A stretch of DNA of 64,000 nucleotides from an uncultured Anaerotignum sp. (GTDB lineage Bacteria; Bacillota; Clostridia; Lachnospirales; Anaerotignaceae): NCBI GenBank assembly GCA_905212195.1, contig CAJMDQ010000001.1:4940-68939 (forward strand), given 5' to 3'. The translations under genes were made by a program, and so were the position numbers. This document shows, piece by piece, positions 1 through 10,452 of this stretch. Positions within the stretch are counted from its first letter, which is position 1. Each line of letters opens with the position of its first letter. The notes beneath the pieces are model-generated. The model worked only from the letters and a program-made list of their open reading frames with translations, searched no databases and was not told the origin of the DNA.

Positions 1-1
1 T

Positions 2-1942
2 TTGCTGACAGGGGATAATGATACGGGATATATCAATACATTCCATGGTTTCTGCGTTTCTGTATTGCAGGAGGACAGTTATGCGGTGCAGTATCCAAAG
101 AGTTTTCTGGTACTGGACCATGCAGATATTGATGCCATGCTGAAAATTATTTATGAAGAACGTGGTTTGACTCTGCGTAATATGACATTCAGCAAAGCTA
201 GAGATATGATTGAGATGCGAAAGCTGACAAAGGAACCGTTGTATTATCTGGATTTGATTCAGATGTCTTTGGAAGAATTGCAGGAAAAATATAGAACCGC
301 GGTAGAGACCAACGATATTATTTTTTATGGCTATCTTTATCAGCAGAAAAAATGTTTTGGTCTGGATTATGATGATCTGATTGTTTTTACGCTTTATATT
401 TTTGAGCAGAATGAAGAAATAAGAGAAAAATGGCAGAAGCGTCTGGAATATATCATGATTGATGAGTTTCAGGATATCGACAAGCTCCAATATCGTTTGA
501 TGGAAGTGCTTTGTGGGTATCACAAAAACTTATTTATTGTAGGTGATCCAGATCAGACCATTTATACATGGCGTGGTGCCGACGTGAAGTTTTTATTGGA
601 TTTTGACAAGCATTTTCCTAGTGTGAAAACCATCATGATGATGGAAAATTACCGTTCTACGCCGGAAATTCTTTCTGTGGCAAATTCGCTCATAGCGAAA
701 AATAAAAACCGTATGCAGAAGGATTTGCTGCCAACCCTTCCCGGCGGAAAGCCTGTCCTTTGCCATCATGGAAAAACAGCGGAAGAAGAAGCAATGTGGA
801 TGGCGAAGAAAATAGAGGAATTGCATGAGGATGGCGTTCCTTACAGAGATATCACCATTTTGTATCGTGCTCACTATCTGACCAGAACCGTTGAGGAGGT
901 CTTTCTCAAGGAAAAAATTCCCTATACCATTTACAGTGGCATCCAGTTTTTTGGACGGATGGAAATCAAAGATGCCCTTTCCTATTTGCGTATGCTGGCA
1001 TATAAGGATGATTTGTCCTTTGCAAGGGTTGCCAATGTTCCCAAACGGAATTTAGGGGAACGGCGTATGGCGTTTTTGCGGGAATATGCGGAGCAGAACC
1101 AATGCAGTTTATACGATGCTTTGCAGAAGAATCTGGATCATGAAATGATGAAAGGGACGAAGGCAGCGAGCTTTGTTTCTTTGATTGAAAATCTGTCATC
1201 CAATGCGGCGGAAAGACCCGTTTCGGAAGTTTTATCGGAGATTCTGGACTTGAGTGGATATGAAAAAATGCTGCGCACAGAAGGCAGTCAGGAGCGTTTG
1301 GACAATCTGGCGGAATTGAAGCAGTCTGTTTATGAATACGAAACAACATGCGGCGAGGAAGCCACATTGGAGCATTATTTGACCCATGTGGCACTGTTTA
1401 CCAATAATGACGTAGAAAGTGGAAAAGATCAGGTGCGTATGATGACGGTGCATTCTGCAAAAGGTCTGGAGTTTCCTTATGTCTTTTTGTGTGGCATGAA
1501 TGAAGGGATTTTCCCTTCCAGAAAAACAAACACAAAACAGGCTATGGAAGAAGAACGTCGTCTGGCCTTTGTAGCAGTTACCAGAGCGAAAAAGGGATTG
1601 TTCCTGTCAGAAGCAGAGGGGCGGAACTTTGATGGTTCCATGCGGTATCCTTCCCGTTTTTTGCTGGATATCGATGAAAAATATCTGACTCATACGGAAC
1701 CTCTCCAGAAAGAGCGGTATGCAGAAGCACGCCGCTATATAGACGGAAAAGAACGATATTTGGAGGAACAGGAAAAAGGTGCAAGTTTCATTTCGGGAAA
1801 TCGGATACAACATCCTATTTTCGGAAAGGGGACCATATTAGAGGTGGATATGGAACGAGGAGCCTATTTGATCCGTTTTGATGAGATGCAGACCTTCAGA
1901 AGCATTTCTATCCGGGCAAAATTGGAAAAAATTGACTTTTAG
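2..1942 (+). CDS. pcrA: UvrD/PcrA superfamily I DNA helicase (5'-truncated by window edge)
   Basis: SF1 motifs TFHGFC, IDEFQD, VGDPDQTIYTWRGA, NYRS, MTVHSAKGLEF, EEERRLAFVAVTRA; C-terminal HPIFGKG Tudor-like domain. Confidence 0.9.
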   Translation: MLTGDNDTGYINTFHGFCVSVLQEDSYAVQYPKSFLVLDHADIDAMLKIIYEERGLTLRNMTFSKARDMIEMRKLTKEPLYYLDLIQMSLEELQEKYRTAVETNDIIFYGYLYQQKKCFGLDYDDLIVFTLYIFEQNEEIREKWQKRLEYIMIDEFQDIDKLQYRLMEVLCGYHKNLFIVGDPDQTIYTWRGADVKFLLDFDKHFPSVKTIMMMENYRSTPEILSVANSLIAKNKNRMQKDLLPTLPGGKPVLCHHGKTAEEEAMWMAKKIEELHEDGVPYRDITILYRAHYLTRTVEEVFLKEKIPYTIYSGIQFFGRMEIKDALSYLRMLAYKDDLSFARVANVPKRNLGERRMAFLREYAEQNQCSLYDALQKNLDHEMMKGTKAASFVSLIENLSSNAAERPVSEVLSEILDLSGYEKMLRTEGSQERLDNLAELKQSVYEYETTCGEEATLEHYLTHVALFTNNDVESGKDQVRMMTVHSAKGLEFPYVFLCGMNEGIFPSRKTNTKQAMEEERRLAFVAVTRAKKGLFLSEAEGRNFDGSMRYPSRFLLDIDEKYLTHTEPLQKERYAEARRYIDGKERYLEEQEKGASFISGNRIQHPIFGKGTILEVDMERGAYLIRFDEMQTFRSISIRAKLEKIDF

Positions 1943-2030
1943 TGCATATATAATAGGAAAATCAGAAAATAATTTACTAAAATATTTCCTAATGAGATTT
2001 ACGAAAACAAAAAAGAGGCAGAGAAATATA

Positions 2031-2219
2031 TTATTCCTCCACCTCTAATTTCGTTAAGGCATATTCGATACATAAAAGAATCAGTTCGTTTCTGGTGCGT
2101 CCAGTGTTGTTTGCTGCATGATCCAGTTTTTTCACGATTTCCATGGGAAGTCTTGCAGAAACAACGGATGTTTCGCCATAGTTCTTTTTCACTTTTACAA
2201 CAAATTTTTCTTTTTCCAT
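2031..2219 (-). CDS. Small ribbon-helix-helix (CopG-like) DNA-binding protein
   Basis: VVSARLPMEIVKKLD...TGRTRNELILLCIEYAL RHH pattern; AGGTGA RBS before ATG 2219. Confidence 0.8.
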   Translation of the reverse strand: MEKEKFVVKVKKNYGETSVVSARLPMEIVKKLDHAANNTGRTRNELILLCIEYALTKLEVEE

Positions 2220-2511
2220 AAAATTCACCTCATATATGTATGCAATTCAAATTCTGTACTAATATTATATTACAATGGTAAACAGGTTTTGAAAAGAGGT
2301 AAAAACTTAAGAAATTTTACGAAAAGTAAGGAAAATTATTCTGATGTATTTTTTCGTAAACTTTGCAACTCTATACAAAATCACCGTATTTCCTAGCAAA
2401 ATGCTTTGTGTTTTTGGTGTATTTATACTGTGATGGAAAAAACAATTAAGAAATTTTAAAGATGCCGGGAATTGTGTAAAAAAAATCACCGATTCTTTCC
2501 TAGAAACATAC

Positions 2512-2551
2512 AAAAAATCCCCCTTTTTCTTAGAATCAAAAGGGGGATTTT
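2512..2551 (-). terminator. Intrinsic terminator after degV
   Basis: AAAATCCCCCTTTT / AAAAGGGGGATTTT inverted repeat with flanking A/T tracts. Confidence 0.75.
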
Positions 2552-2561
2552 ATTGTGCAAT

Positions 2562-3455
2562 TTATAAAGAATAGCATTCATATCGTTTTGCGATGCAAAT
2601 ACCTGTGGTGCCGGGGCCTGTATGAGAGGCAATAGTGGCACCAATCTGAAGGGGAGATACCAGTTCCAACTGGGGCAGTTCTGCTTTGAGCAATGCTTCT
2701 GTAGGAGCAATTTCTTCCGTCACATCTGTGGTGCCGACCATGGCGATGTAATCAGCTGGATTTTCGCCTGTTTTCTGGAAATGTTCAGCTGTTAGTTTTA
2801 CCAGTTCCGCAATGCCTTTTTTACGGCTACGGGTAGCACCGCCTACGTGGATTTCTCCATCACGCAATACGATGATAGGCTTGATTTTCAGAATATTGCT
2901 GGACAATGCGGCAATTTTGCCAATTCTGCCGCCATGCTGCAAATGAGTCAGACCACCAATCATGAATATGATGCGGGTATCTTTCTTTGCCTGTTCCAGA
3001 TAAGAAACCACTTCATCCAGAGATTTTCCTTCTTGTTGCATCCGCGCCGCTTCCATCAGAAGCAGTGCCTGAGAGCCGGTGGCATTGTGGCTGTCTACGA
3101 TGTGTATTTTGGCATCGGGAAATTCTTCTTCCAACATGAGTTTTGCTGTCAGTGCAGACTGCATGGAACCGCTGAGGGTATGGGTAATATGCAGGCTCAG
3201 GATATCTTTTCCGGCTTGGAGTGCAGGTGTAAAAGCCTCTACAAAATCATGGACAGAAGGCAGTGAAGTTTTGGGAAAGCCTTTTTCTTCAATCAAATGA
3301 TGGTAGAAGTGTTCCAAAGTCAGTTCTTTTAATTCCTTTAAATAGGTTTTTCCGTCAAAAGAAACATAGAAGGGGACAGTGGAAATATGATAGGTGTTTT
3401 GTGCCTCGAGGGTCAAATCACAGGCACCGTCACTGAAGATTTGAAATGAATGCAT
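2562..3455 (-). CDS. DegV family fatty-acid binding protein (FakB-like)
   Basis: FSDGACDL, PKTSLPS, LSGS, LQHGGRIG, IKPII, SHTGPG motifs; GAAAGGA RBS before ATG 3455. Confidence 0.92.
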   Translation of the reverse strand: MHSFQIFSDGACDLTLEAQNTYHISTVPFYVSFDGKTYLKELKELTLEHFYHHLIEEKGFPKTSLPSVHDFVEAFTPALQAGKDILSLHITHTLSGSMQSALTAKLMLEEEFPDAKIHIVDSHNATGSQALLLMEAARMQQEGKSLDEVVSYLEQAKKDTRIIFMIGGLTHLQHGGRIGKIAALSSNILKIKPIIVLRDGEIHVGGATRSRKKGIAELVKLTAEHFQKTGENPADYIAMVGTTDVTEEIAPTEALLKAELPQLELVSPLQIGATIASHTGPGTTGICIAKRYECYSL

Positions 3456-3854
3456 GAATTCCGTCCTTTCCTTAAGTATGGATATCAATACCAACTGCTA
3501 ATACTATAGCAGAAGAAAACAGGAAGTGCAATAGACAATAACGGATAATCTAGTATAAAAAACTAGATTCGTGGAAAGGGGCGGCAAATGTTGTATTTTC
3601 AATACAAACATGCATTTTTTGTCGAGCAGGGAGGGATTCTTGGTGTAATAATTTCATAAAAATACCATGGGATACCTTGTCAAACTATAAAAAAGTTGAT
3701 AAACTTTGATTACGGTAAAGCGATGATGAAAATTTCAAATGATGCTATAGGCAAAATGTGCGACAGAGGGAATTTTCTTTGAACAAATCAGGAACGTGCC
3801 CTCTGTATTTTTATCGTATGCTTCCGGAATTGAATACAGAAGGAGGTGAGAGAA

Positions 3855-4937
3855 ATGAAACGACTGTTGAAAATCATTATCAGCTTGTTGGTTACGGCGG
3901 CAATGTTTGCCATTGTACACTTGATTCTGCAGCTGAATGTATTCCATTTCAGTAGCCCTAACCGTTTTGCGGCGTACCTGCCGGCAGGATTGGCAATTTT
4001 ATTCGGACTCATATTTTATTTTATTATCTCGTCGTCAGTGACAGATCTGCTGATGAAGCGTTTATCCCAGACAGAGGAAAAACTTTCCAGAATGAATGTG
4101 AAGGAACTGGTCTTTTCCGTTTTTGGCTGTCTGATCGGTTTGGTCATTGCAAACCTGATTGGTCTGGCATTCAGCGGCTTTGGCCCTATGGGCACATTCA
4201 TTGTTGTTCTGCTGAATATCCTGTTTGGCGTGCTGGGGTTCCGTGTGGCGAGAAAGAAAAAAGATGAGGTCAATGTGACAAACCTGCAGCGTATTCTGAT
4301 GCAGCAGAATCCCATGAAGCAGGAAAGTGAAATCTACGGCAGACCGAAGATTCTGGACACCAGTGTTATCATTGACGGCAGAATCATGGATTTGCTCCAG
4401 ACTGGTTTTATTGAAGGAAAAATCATCATTCCTGATTTTGTGCTGGAAGAACTTCGTCACATCGCTGACTCTGCTGATGGTCTGAAACGCAACAGAGGAC
4501 GCAGAGGTCTGGATATTTTGAATGAAATCCAAAAACAGCTGATGGTTCCTGTAGAAATTCAGGAATTTACCACATCTCAGCCTATGGAAGTAGATTCCAT
4601 GCTGCTGAAGATGGCAGAAAGCATGGATGCTTTTGTTGTGACAAATGACTTTAACCTGAATAAGGTGGCAGAATTCCAAGGTGTTCGCGTACTGAATATC
4701 AACGAATTGGCAAATGCCATCAAACCTGTGGTACTTCCCGGGGAAGAAATGCAGGTGACCATCATCAAAGCAGGTAAAGAACCCGGACAGGGTGTTGCAT
4801 ATTTGAATGATGGTACCATGATCGTTGTGGATGGCGGCAATAAATTCATTGGGGAAACCAAGAACGTAGTGGTAACCAGTGTATTGCAGACTGCCGCAGG
4901 CAGAATGATCTTTACAAAAATGGTAACAGCGGCTTAA
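3855..4937 (+). CDS. Membrane PIN/TRAM domain protein (YacL-like)
   Basis: 4 N-terminal TM segments, ILDTSVIIDGRI PIN motif, RGRRGLD, TRAM GKEPGQGVAYLNDGTMIVV; AGGAGG RBS. Confidence 0.93.
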   Translation: MKRLLKIIISLLVTAAMFAIVHLILQLNVFHFSSPNRFAAYLPAGLAILFGLIFYFIISSSVTDLLMKRLSQTEEKLSRMNVKELVFSVFGCLIGLVIANLIGLAFSGFGPMGTFIVVLLNILFGVLGFRVARKKKDEVNVTNLQRILMQQNPMKQESEIYGRPKILDTSVIIDGRIMDLLQTGFIEGKIIIPDFVLEELRHIADSADGLKRNRGRRGLDILNEIQKQLMVPVEIQEFTTSQPMEVDSMLLKMAESMDAFVVTNDFNLNKVAEFQGVRVLNINELANAIKPVVLPGEEMQVTIIKAGKEPGQGVAYLNDGTMIVVDGGNKFIGETKNVVVTSVLQTAAGRMIFTKMVTAA

Positions 4938-4989
4938 AAAGAGAAGGGAGGCGTAAAAAGATTTGCGCCTCCTGTTTTTTGGAAGGAGA

Positions 4990-6261
4990 ATGATCATGGG
5001 GGAAAAACTTCGTTGTACAGCCATCATCATGGCGGCGGGAAAGGGAAAACGGATGCAGACAGCAGTCAGCAAACAGTTTTTGCCTGTCTGTGGAAAAGAA
5101 ATTCTGGCATGGACAGTGGATGTTTTTGAAAAAAGTCCGCTGGTAGATACCATCCTGCTGATGGCAAGTGCAGACGGCAAGGAAGATGTGCAGCATCTTT
5201 GGGATAGCTATGGATGGAAGAAAGTTGCCGTTGTATTGGAAGGCGGTAAGGAGCGGCAGAATTCTGTGGCAAATGGATTGGCAGCTGTGGGAGAAGATAC
5301 GGATATTGTACTCATTCATGATGGTGTGCGTCCTTTTGTGACAGAAGAAATGATTGCCGACAGCATTGTGGCGGCACAGGCATATGGCGGCGCTGTCATT
5401 GGCGTACCTGCAAAAGATACCATTAAAGTTTGCTCTGCCGATGGCATGGCTGTGGAAACACCGGACAGAAGCACATTATGGCAGATTCAGACACCGCAGA
5501 CCTTTCAGCGGGAACTCATTGTCAATGCTTATGAGAAAGCGGACAGAGATGGTTTTCTGGGAACAGACGACGCTTCTGTGGCAGAATTTGCGGGGCATCA
5601 GGTAAAGGTGGTCATGGGCAGCTATCGCAACATCAAGATTACCACAAAGGAAGATCTGGTCATTGCGGAAGCGTTTTTAAGGGAAAAAGAATTGGAAAAT
5701 AAGGAAACGCAGGCTGTTCAGACAGAGCTGGCAGTAACGGAAGTCAAGGAAAAAGGAATCGAGAAAAATCAGGCAGAAAAAGAAGATAAGAAGCAGCGGA
5801 TGGTTGAGATTTATACCGACGGCGCCTGCTCAGGAAATCCCGGCGCAGGGGGATATGGCGTGGTACTTCTGTATGGCAATAAAAGGAAGGAAATGTCAGA
5901 AGGCTATCGCCTGACGACCAATAACCGAATGGAAGTTCTGGCAGTCATCAAAGGATTGGAAGCGTTGAAGGAACCTTGTCAGGTGACCCTTTACAGCGAT
6001 TCCAAATATGTGGTGGATGCCATCCAAAAGGGTTGGGTAACAAAATGGAAGGCCAATGGATGGTACCGCAATAAGAAGGAAAGAGCTTCTAATGTAGATT
6101 TATGGGAGCGTTTGCTGGTGCAGCTGGAACGCCATCAGGTTACATTCCAGTGGGTAAAAGGCCATGCGGATAACCCCGGAAATGAACGCTGTGATGAGCT
6201 GGCAAGAGGCGCCATCGCGTCAGGCAACCTGTTGGAGGACGAAAATTATCAAATGCCCTAA
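4990..6261 (+). CDS. ispD-rnhA: Fusion of IspD (MEP cytidylyltransferase) and ribonuclease HI
   Basis: N-terminal AAGKGKRM, GGKERQNSV, IHDGVRP, QTPQTF, TDDAS, NIKITT; C-terminal IYTDGACSGNPG, TTNNRME, YSDSKY, WVKGHA, NERCDELA; one frame with a charged linker. Confidence 0.92.
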   Translation: MIMGEKLRCTAIIMAAGKGKRMQTAVSKQFLPVCGKEILAWTVDVFEKSPLVDTILLMASADGKEDVQHLWDSYGWKKVAVVLEGGKERQNSVANGLAAVGEDTDIVLIHDGVRPFVTEEMIADSIVAAQAYGGAVIGVPAKDTIKVCSADGMAVETPDRSTLWQIQTPQTFQRELIVNAYEKADRDGFLGTDDASVAEFAGHQVKVVMGSYRNIKITTKEDLVIAEAFLREKELENKETQAVQTELAVTEVKEKGIEKNQAEKEDKKQRMVEIYTDGACSGNPGAGGYGVVLLYGNKRKEMSEGYRLTTNNRMEVLAVIKGLEALKEPCQVTLYSDSKYVVDAIQKGWVTKWKANGWYRNKKERASNVDLWERLLVQLERHQVTFQWVKGHADNPGNERCDELARGAIASGNLLEDENYQMP

Positions 6262-6323
6262 AATACTGGCTTTTCTTGTCGTACAATGTAATATAAATGA
6301 AAACTCTGCAGGGGAAATATAGA

Positions 6324-6352
6324 TTGACACTACTAGAAATATATGGTAGTAT
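6324..6352 (+). promoter_or_regulatory. SigA promoter of cold-shock gene
   Basis: TTGACA-17 bp-TAGTAT with extended TG. Confidence 0.75.
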
Positions 6353-6401
6353 CGGGATGTAACAAATTTTTATTTTTTTTCCAAGTAGGAGGATTTCATC
6401 A

Positions 6402-6602
6402 ATGAAAAAAGGTACAGTAAAATGGTTTAACGCAGAAAAAGGTTTCGGTTTTATTTCCGTTCCCGGCGAAGATGATGTATTCGTACATTTCTCCGCAATC
6501 CAGGCTGATGGTTACAAAACTCTGGAAGAAGGCCAGGAAGTAGAATTCGAAGTAGTACAGGGTGCAAAAGGCCCTCAGGCTGCAAACGTAGTAAAGGCTT
6601 AA
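6402..6602 (+). CDS. cspA: Cold-shock protein
   Basis: [32 protein letters not shown]. Confidence 0.97.
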   Translation: MKKGTVKWFNAEKGFGFISVPGEDDVFVHFSAIQADGYKTLEEGQEVEFEVVQGAKGPQAANVVKA

Positions 6603-6670
6603 TCAATCTTATTTATAGTCCGTTGATGCAGTTTTGCATTGAGAAATATAATATAACATCGGTTAGTCAC

Positions 6671-6702
6671 AAGAGCCCCGCGGTATGCCGCAGGGCTTTT
6701 TT
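6671..6702 (+). terminator. Intrinsic terminator after csp
   Basis: AGCCC-CGCGG / CCGC-AGGGCT hairpin followed by T run. Confidence 0.75.
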
Positions 6703-6822
6703 GTGCGAAAAATCGCGGAAAATAGACATTTTTTTCCGTACATTGATTGCATCAAAACAACTGCTGTGATAAAATACTATGATGTACGTATGAAAAGTGA
6801 ATGGAGATGGAGAAATTAACTT

Positions 6823-8652
6823 ATGAAACAGAGAATTGAAAACATCAGAAATGTTGCGATTATTGCTCACGTAGACCATGGCAAAACCACACTGGTAGAC
6901 CAGATGCTGCGCCAGAGCGGTATTTTCCGTTCCAATCAGGTGGTACAGGAACGTGTTATGGACAGTGGCGATATCGAAAGAGAACGCGGCATTACCATTT
7001 TGTCTAAGAATACTGCCGTTCATTACGGCAATACCAAAATCAATATCATTGATACACCGGGTCACGCGGACTTCGGCGGCGAAGTGGAACGTGTACTGAA
7101 AATGGTAGACGGTGTTGTACTGGTGGTAGACGCTTTTGAAGGCCCTATGCCCCAGACAAAATTTGTACTGCGCAAAGCGCTGGAATTGAACCACCCCGTT
7201 GTGGTTTGTGTAAATAAAGTAGACAGACCGGAAGCGCGTCCCGCAGATGTTGTGGATGAAGTTCTGGAACTGTTTATGGAACTGGACGCAAATGACGACC
7301 AGCTGGATTCTCCTTTTGTTTTCGCATCTGCAAGAGGCGGTTATGCTTCTGAAGATCCCGAAGCAAGAGAAGGGGATATGAAACCCCTGTTTGAAGCCAT
7401 CATCAATCATATTCCTGCTCCCGAAGGCGATGTAGAAGCGCCTCTGCAGGCTTTGATCTCCACCATCGACTACAGCGAATATGTAGGCAGAATTGGTGTT
7501 GGTAAAATCGAAAACGGTACCATCCATGTCAACGACGAAGTGGTGGTATTGAATATGCATAATACAGAAACACAGAAAAAGGTTCGTATCACAAAGCTGT
7601 ATGAATTTGACGGTCTGCAGCGTGTGGAAGTGAAAGAAGCAAGTGTGGGCAGCATCGTTGCACTCAGCGGTATCGAAGATATCATGATCGGCGACACCAT
7701 CTGCTCTCCTTTGAAACCGGAAGCACTGCCTTTCGTAAAAATTTCCGAACCTACCATTTCCATGACATTCTCCGTAAATGACAGTCCATTTGCGGGAACA
7801 GAAGGGAAATTCGTAACATCCCGTCACCTGCGTGACAGACTGTATAAAGAGCTGAACACAGACGTCAGCCTGCGTGTAGAAGATACAGACTCCATGGATG
7901 CCCTGAAAGTATCCGGCCGTGGGGAACTGCATCTGTCTATCCTCATCGAAACACTGCGCAGAGAAGGCTATGAATTCCAGGTTTCCAAACCTGAAGTTCT
8001 GTTCCAGGAAATCGACGGTAAAAAATGTGAACCTATGGAAGCCGTTACCATTGACGTGCCTGAAGAATTCGTAGGCAGCGTTATTGAAAAACTGGGCGGC
8101 AGAAAAGGTGAAATGACAAACATGTATCCTGCAAAAGGTGGATATACTCGTCTGGAATTCTCCATTCCTGCTCGTGGTCTGATTGGCTACCGCAGCGAAT
8201 TTATGACAGATACAAAAGGTAATGGTATCCTGAACTCCGTATTTGATGGTTATGAACCTTATAAAGGTGAAATCCCTACACGTTCTCAGGGCTCTCTGGT
8301 TGCTTTTGAAAGCGGCGAAGCCATCACTTATGGTCTGTATAACGCCCAGGAAAGAGGCGATCTGTTCATCGGCGCCGGCGTAAAAGTTTACGAAGGTATG
8401 ATCGTCGGCAGAAACGCAAGAGCAGATGATATGGATATCAACGTATGTAAGAAAAAACAGCTGACAAATACACGTTCCTCCGGTTCTGATGAGGCGCTGC
8501 GTCTGACACCGCCCATCCAGATGTCTTTGGAACAGTGCATGGAATTCATCAGCGATGATGAACTGCTGGAAGTAACACCCGTGAGCCTGCGTATGCGGAA
8601 AAGAATTTTGGACTGCAACCAGCGCAGAAAATTCAGAATTCACGGGAAATAA
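6823..8652 (+). CDS. typA: Translational GTPase TypA/BipA
   Basis: AHVDHGKTT, ERERGITI, DTPGHADF, GRGELHL, EVTP; upstream TTGCAT-17-TAAAAT promoter at 6747-6775. Confidence 0.97.
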   Translation: MKQRIENIRNVAIIAHVDHGKTTLVDQMLRQSGIFRSNQVVQERVMDSGDIERERGITILSKNTAVHYGNTKINIIDTPGHADFGGEVERVLKMVDGVVLVVDAFEGPMPQTKFVLRKALELNHPVVVCVNKVDRPEARPADVVDEVLELFMELDANDDQLDSPFVFASARGGYASEDPEAREGDMKPLFEAIINHIPAPEGDVEAPLQALISTIDYSEYVGRIGVGKIENGTIHVNDEVVVLNMHNTETQKKVRITKLYEFDGLQRVEVKEASVGSIVALSGIEDIMIGDTICSPLKPEALPFVKISEPTISMTFSVNDSPFAGTEGKFVTSRHLRDRLYKELNTDVSLRVEDTDSMDALKVSGRGELHLSILIETLRREGYEFQVSKPEVLFQEIDGKKCEPMEAVTIDVPEEFVGSVIEKLGGRKGEMTNMYPAKGGYTRLEFSIPARGLIGYRSEFMTDTKGNGILNSVFDGYEPYKGEIPTRSQGSLVAFESGEAITYGLYNAQERGDLFIGAGVKVYEGMIVGRNARADDMDINVCKKKQLTNTRSSGSDEALRLTPPIQMSLEQCMEFISDDELLEVTPVSLRMRKRILDCNQRRKFRIHGK

Positions 8653-8681
8653 ACTTGTAGTAATTGGATAAGAGGTGCAAT

Positions 8682-10313
8682 ATGGCGGCAAGAACGAAAG
8701 GAAAAAGTTCATTTGTAAAACAGGCGGCGATTCTGGCATCGGCAGGGATGTTGGTACGCTTCCTGGGCTTTGTCTATCGTGTGCCCCTGACCAATATGCT
8801 GGGGGACGAAGGAAATGGTATTTATGGTACAGGGTATTATATCTATACCTTTTTGCTGATTTTATCCTCCGCAGGTCTGCCTGCTGCCATTTCCAAATTA
8901 GTTTCTGAGCGTCTTGCGCTGAGACAGTATCGCAATGCCCATAGAGTATTCCAGGCATCCTTGGTTATTTCAGCTTCCCTTGGTACGTTGTTTGCTGTTT
9001 TGATGGCGTTGACAGCCAGACAACTGGCGGCGTTTGTGGATACACCAGACAGCTATTACTGTATTCTGTCCCTCTGTCCGACGCTGATTATTGTTGCTAT
9101 CATGTCCGTTTACCGCGGATATTTCCAAGGTATGAATACTATGGTGCCCACAGCCATTTCTCAGATTGTGGAACAGATTTTTAACGCCTTTTTCAGCGTA
9201 TATCTGGCGTATATCTTCTTAGGTATGTTTATTCCAGAAGGAGAAACGGAAAACATCGCATTGGGGGCAGCCGGCGGTACTATGGGTACCGGTATTGGCG
9301 CATTGGCAGGTCTGGTCGTTGTGTTCATCAGCTATATGATGATTCGTCCTTATCTGCTGCGACGTGCAAAAATCTGCCGCCAGCCTTATGAAGAAACCAG
9401 AACAGAACTGGTGAAACGGCTCATGGGGACAGCTTGGCCTATCATCGTTGGTACGGCTGTATTCAGTATGACAAACCTGATTGATATTGGTATGGTTATG
9501 CGGATTTTGACAGATATGGGTTATTCCGAAGCAGATGCCAATGCATTATACGGCCAGCTTTCTGGGAAATATGTGACACTGACCACATTGCCCGTTGCCA
9601 TTTCCTCATCCATTGCGACGGCGGTACTGCCCAGCATTGCGGCATCCAATCGTCTGGGTGAACGGAAACAGGTGAACCGTAAAATGAATCTGACCATGCG
9701 TATTTCCATGATTATTTCCGTGCCCGCGGCAGTGGGTATTGGTGTGCTGGGACCTCAGATTATTGCGATGCTGTTCCCCAAGGCTTCCGATGGCGGCATT
9801 TTGCTAACAGTTGGTGCGGTTTCCATTATTTTCCTGGCTTTGTGCCAGACAGCAACTGGAATTTTACAAGGTATTGGACACATCAGGGTGCCTGTTGTAG
9901 GTGCACTATTGGGTGCGGTGATGAAAGTAATCCTCAACGCAATTTTAATCCCCATTCCTGCGTTGAATATCATCGGCGCAGTACTGTCTACCACAGGCTG
10001 TTATGTAGTTGCGTCTATCTTTGATGTGTATATGTTGTCACGGATTACAAAAGTACGTTTTGATTTTAAGCGTATTTTGGTAAAGCCTATCCTTGGTTCT
10101 ATTGTCATGGGTATAGCCGCATTGGGCGTATACTTTGGTTTGTATCACTTTGTTCCCAGCAACACCCTTTGCACACTGGTTGCTATTGCGTTGGCAATCG
10201 TAGTGTATGGCGTGATTATGCTGATTATCGGCGGTATTCAGGAAGAAGATTTGCAGTCCATTCCTATGGGCGGCAGACTGATTCGCCTGAGCAAAAAACT
10301 GCATTTGATGTAA
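8682..10313 (+). CDS. SpoVB/MurJ-like MOP-superfamily flippase (polysaccharide biosynthesis protein)
   Basis: LGFVYRVPL, SSAGLPAAISKLVSE, RGYFQG, PTAISQIVEQ; about 14 TM segments. Confidence 0.88.
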   Translation: MAARTKGKSSFVKQAAILASAGMLVRFLGFVYRVPLTNMLGDEGNGIYGTGYYIYTFLLILSSAGLPAAISKLVSERLALRQYRNAHRVFQASLVISASLGTLFAVLMALTARQLAAFVDTPDSYYCILSLCPTLIIVAIMSVYRGYFQGMNTMVPTAISQIVEQIFNAFFSVYLAYIFLGMFIPEGETENIALGAAGGTMGTGIGALAGLVVVFISYMMIRPYLLRRAKICRQPYEETRTELVKRLMGTAWPIIVGTAVFSMTNLIDIGMVMRILTDMGYSEADANALYGQLSGKYVTLTTLPVAISSSIATAVLPSIAASNRLGERKQVNRKMNLTMRISMIISVPAAVGIGVLGPQIIAMLFPKASDGGILLTVGAVSIIFLALCQTATGILQGIGHIRVPVVGALLGAVMKVILNAILIPIPALNIIGAVLSTTGCYVVASIFDVYMLSRITKVRFDFKRILVKPILGSIVMGIAALGVYFGLYHFVPSNTLCTLVAIALAIVVYGVIMLIIGGIQEEDLQSIPMGGRLIRLSKKLHLM

Positions 10314-10318
10314 ACATT

Positions 10319-10351
10319 GGCTCTTTTGCCGCAAGGCAAAAGGGCTTTTTT
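10319..10351 (+). terminator. Intrinsic terminator
   Basis: GCTCTTTTGCC-GCAA-GGCAAAAGGGC-TTTTTT. Confidence 0.8.
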
Positions 10352-10452
10352 GTATATGGGTTTTGTGCTATAATAAAAGTAATTGTTTTTGTCAGAAAAA
10401 ACGAAAGAAAGAAAAATATCAAGAAAAAATTTACGAAAAAAGAGGTGAGAAT

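Noticed and set aside
6667..8958. 763-aa antisense ORF over typA (similar ones lie over EF-G2, groEL, murB-rapZ and the Na/Pi transporter)
   Set aside because: Mirror ORFs of strongly biased genes; no RBS or domain signal
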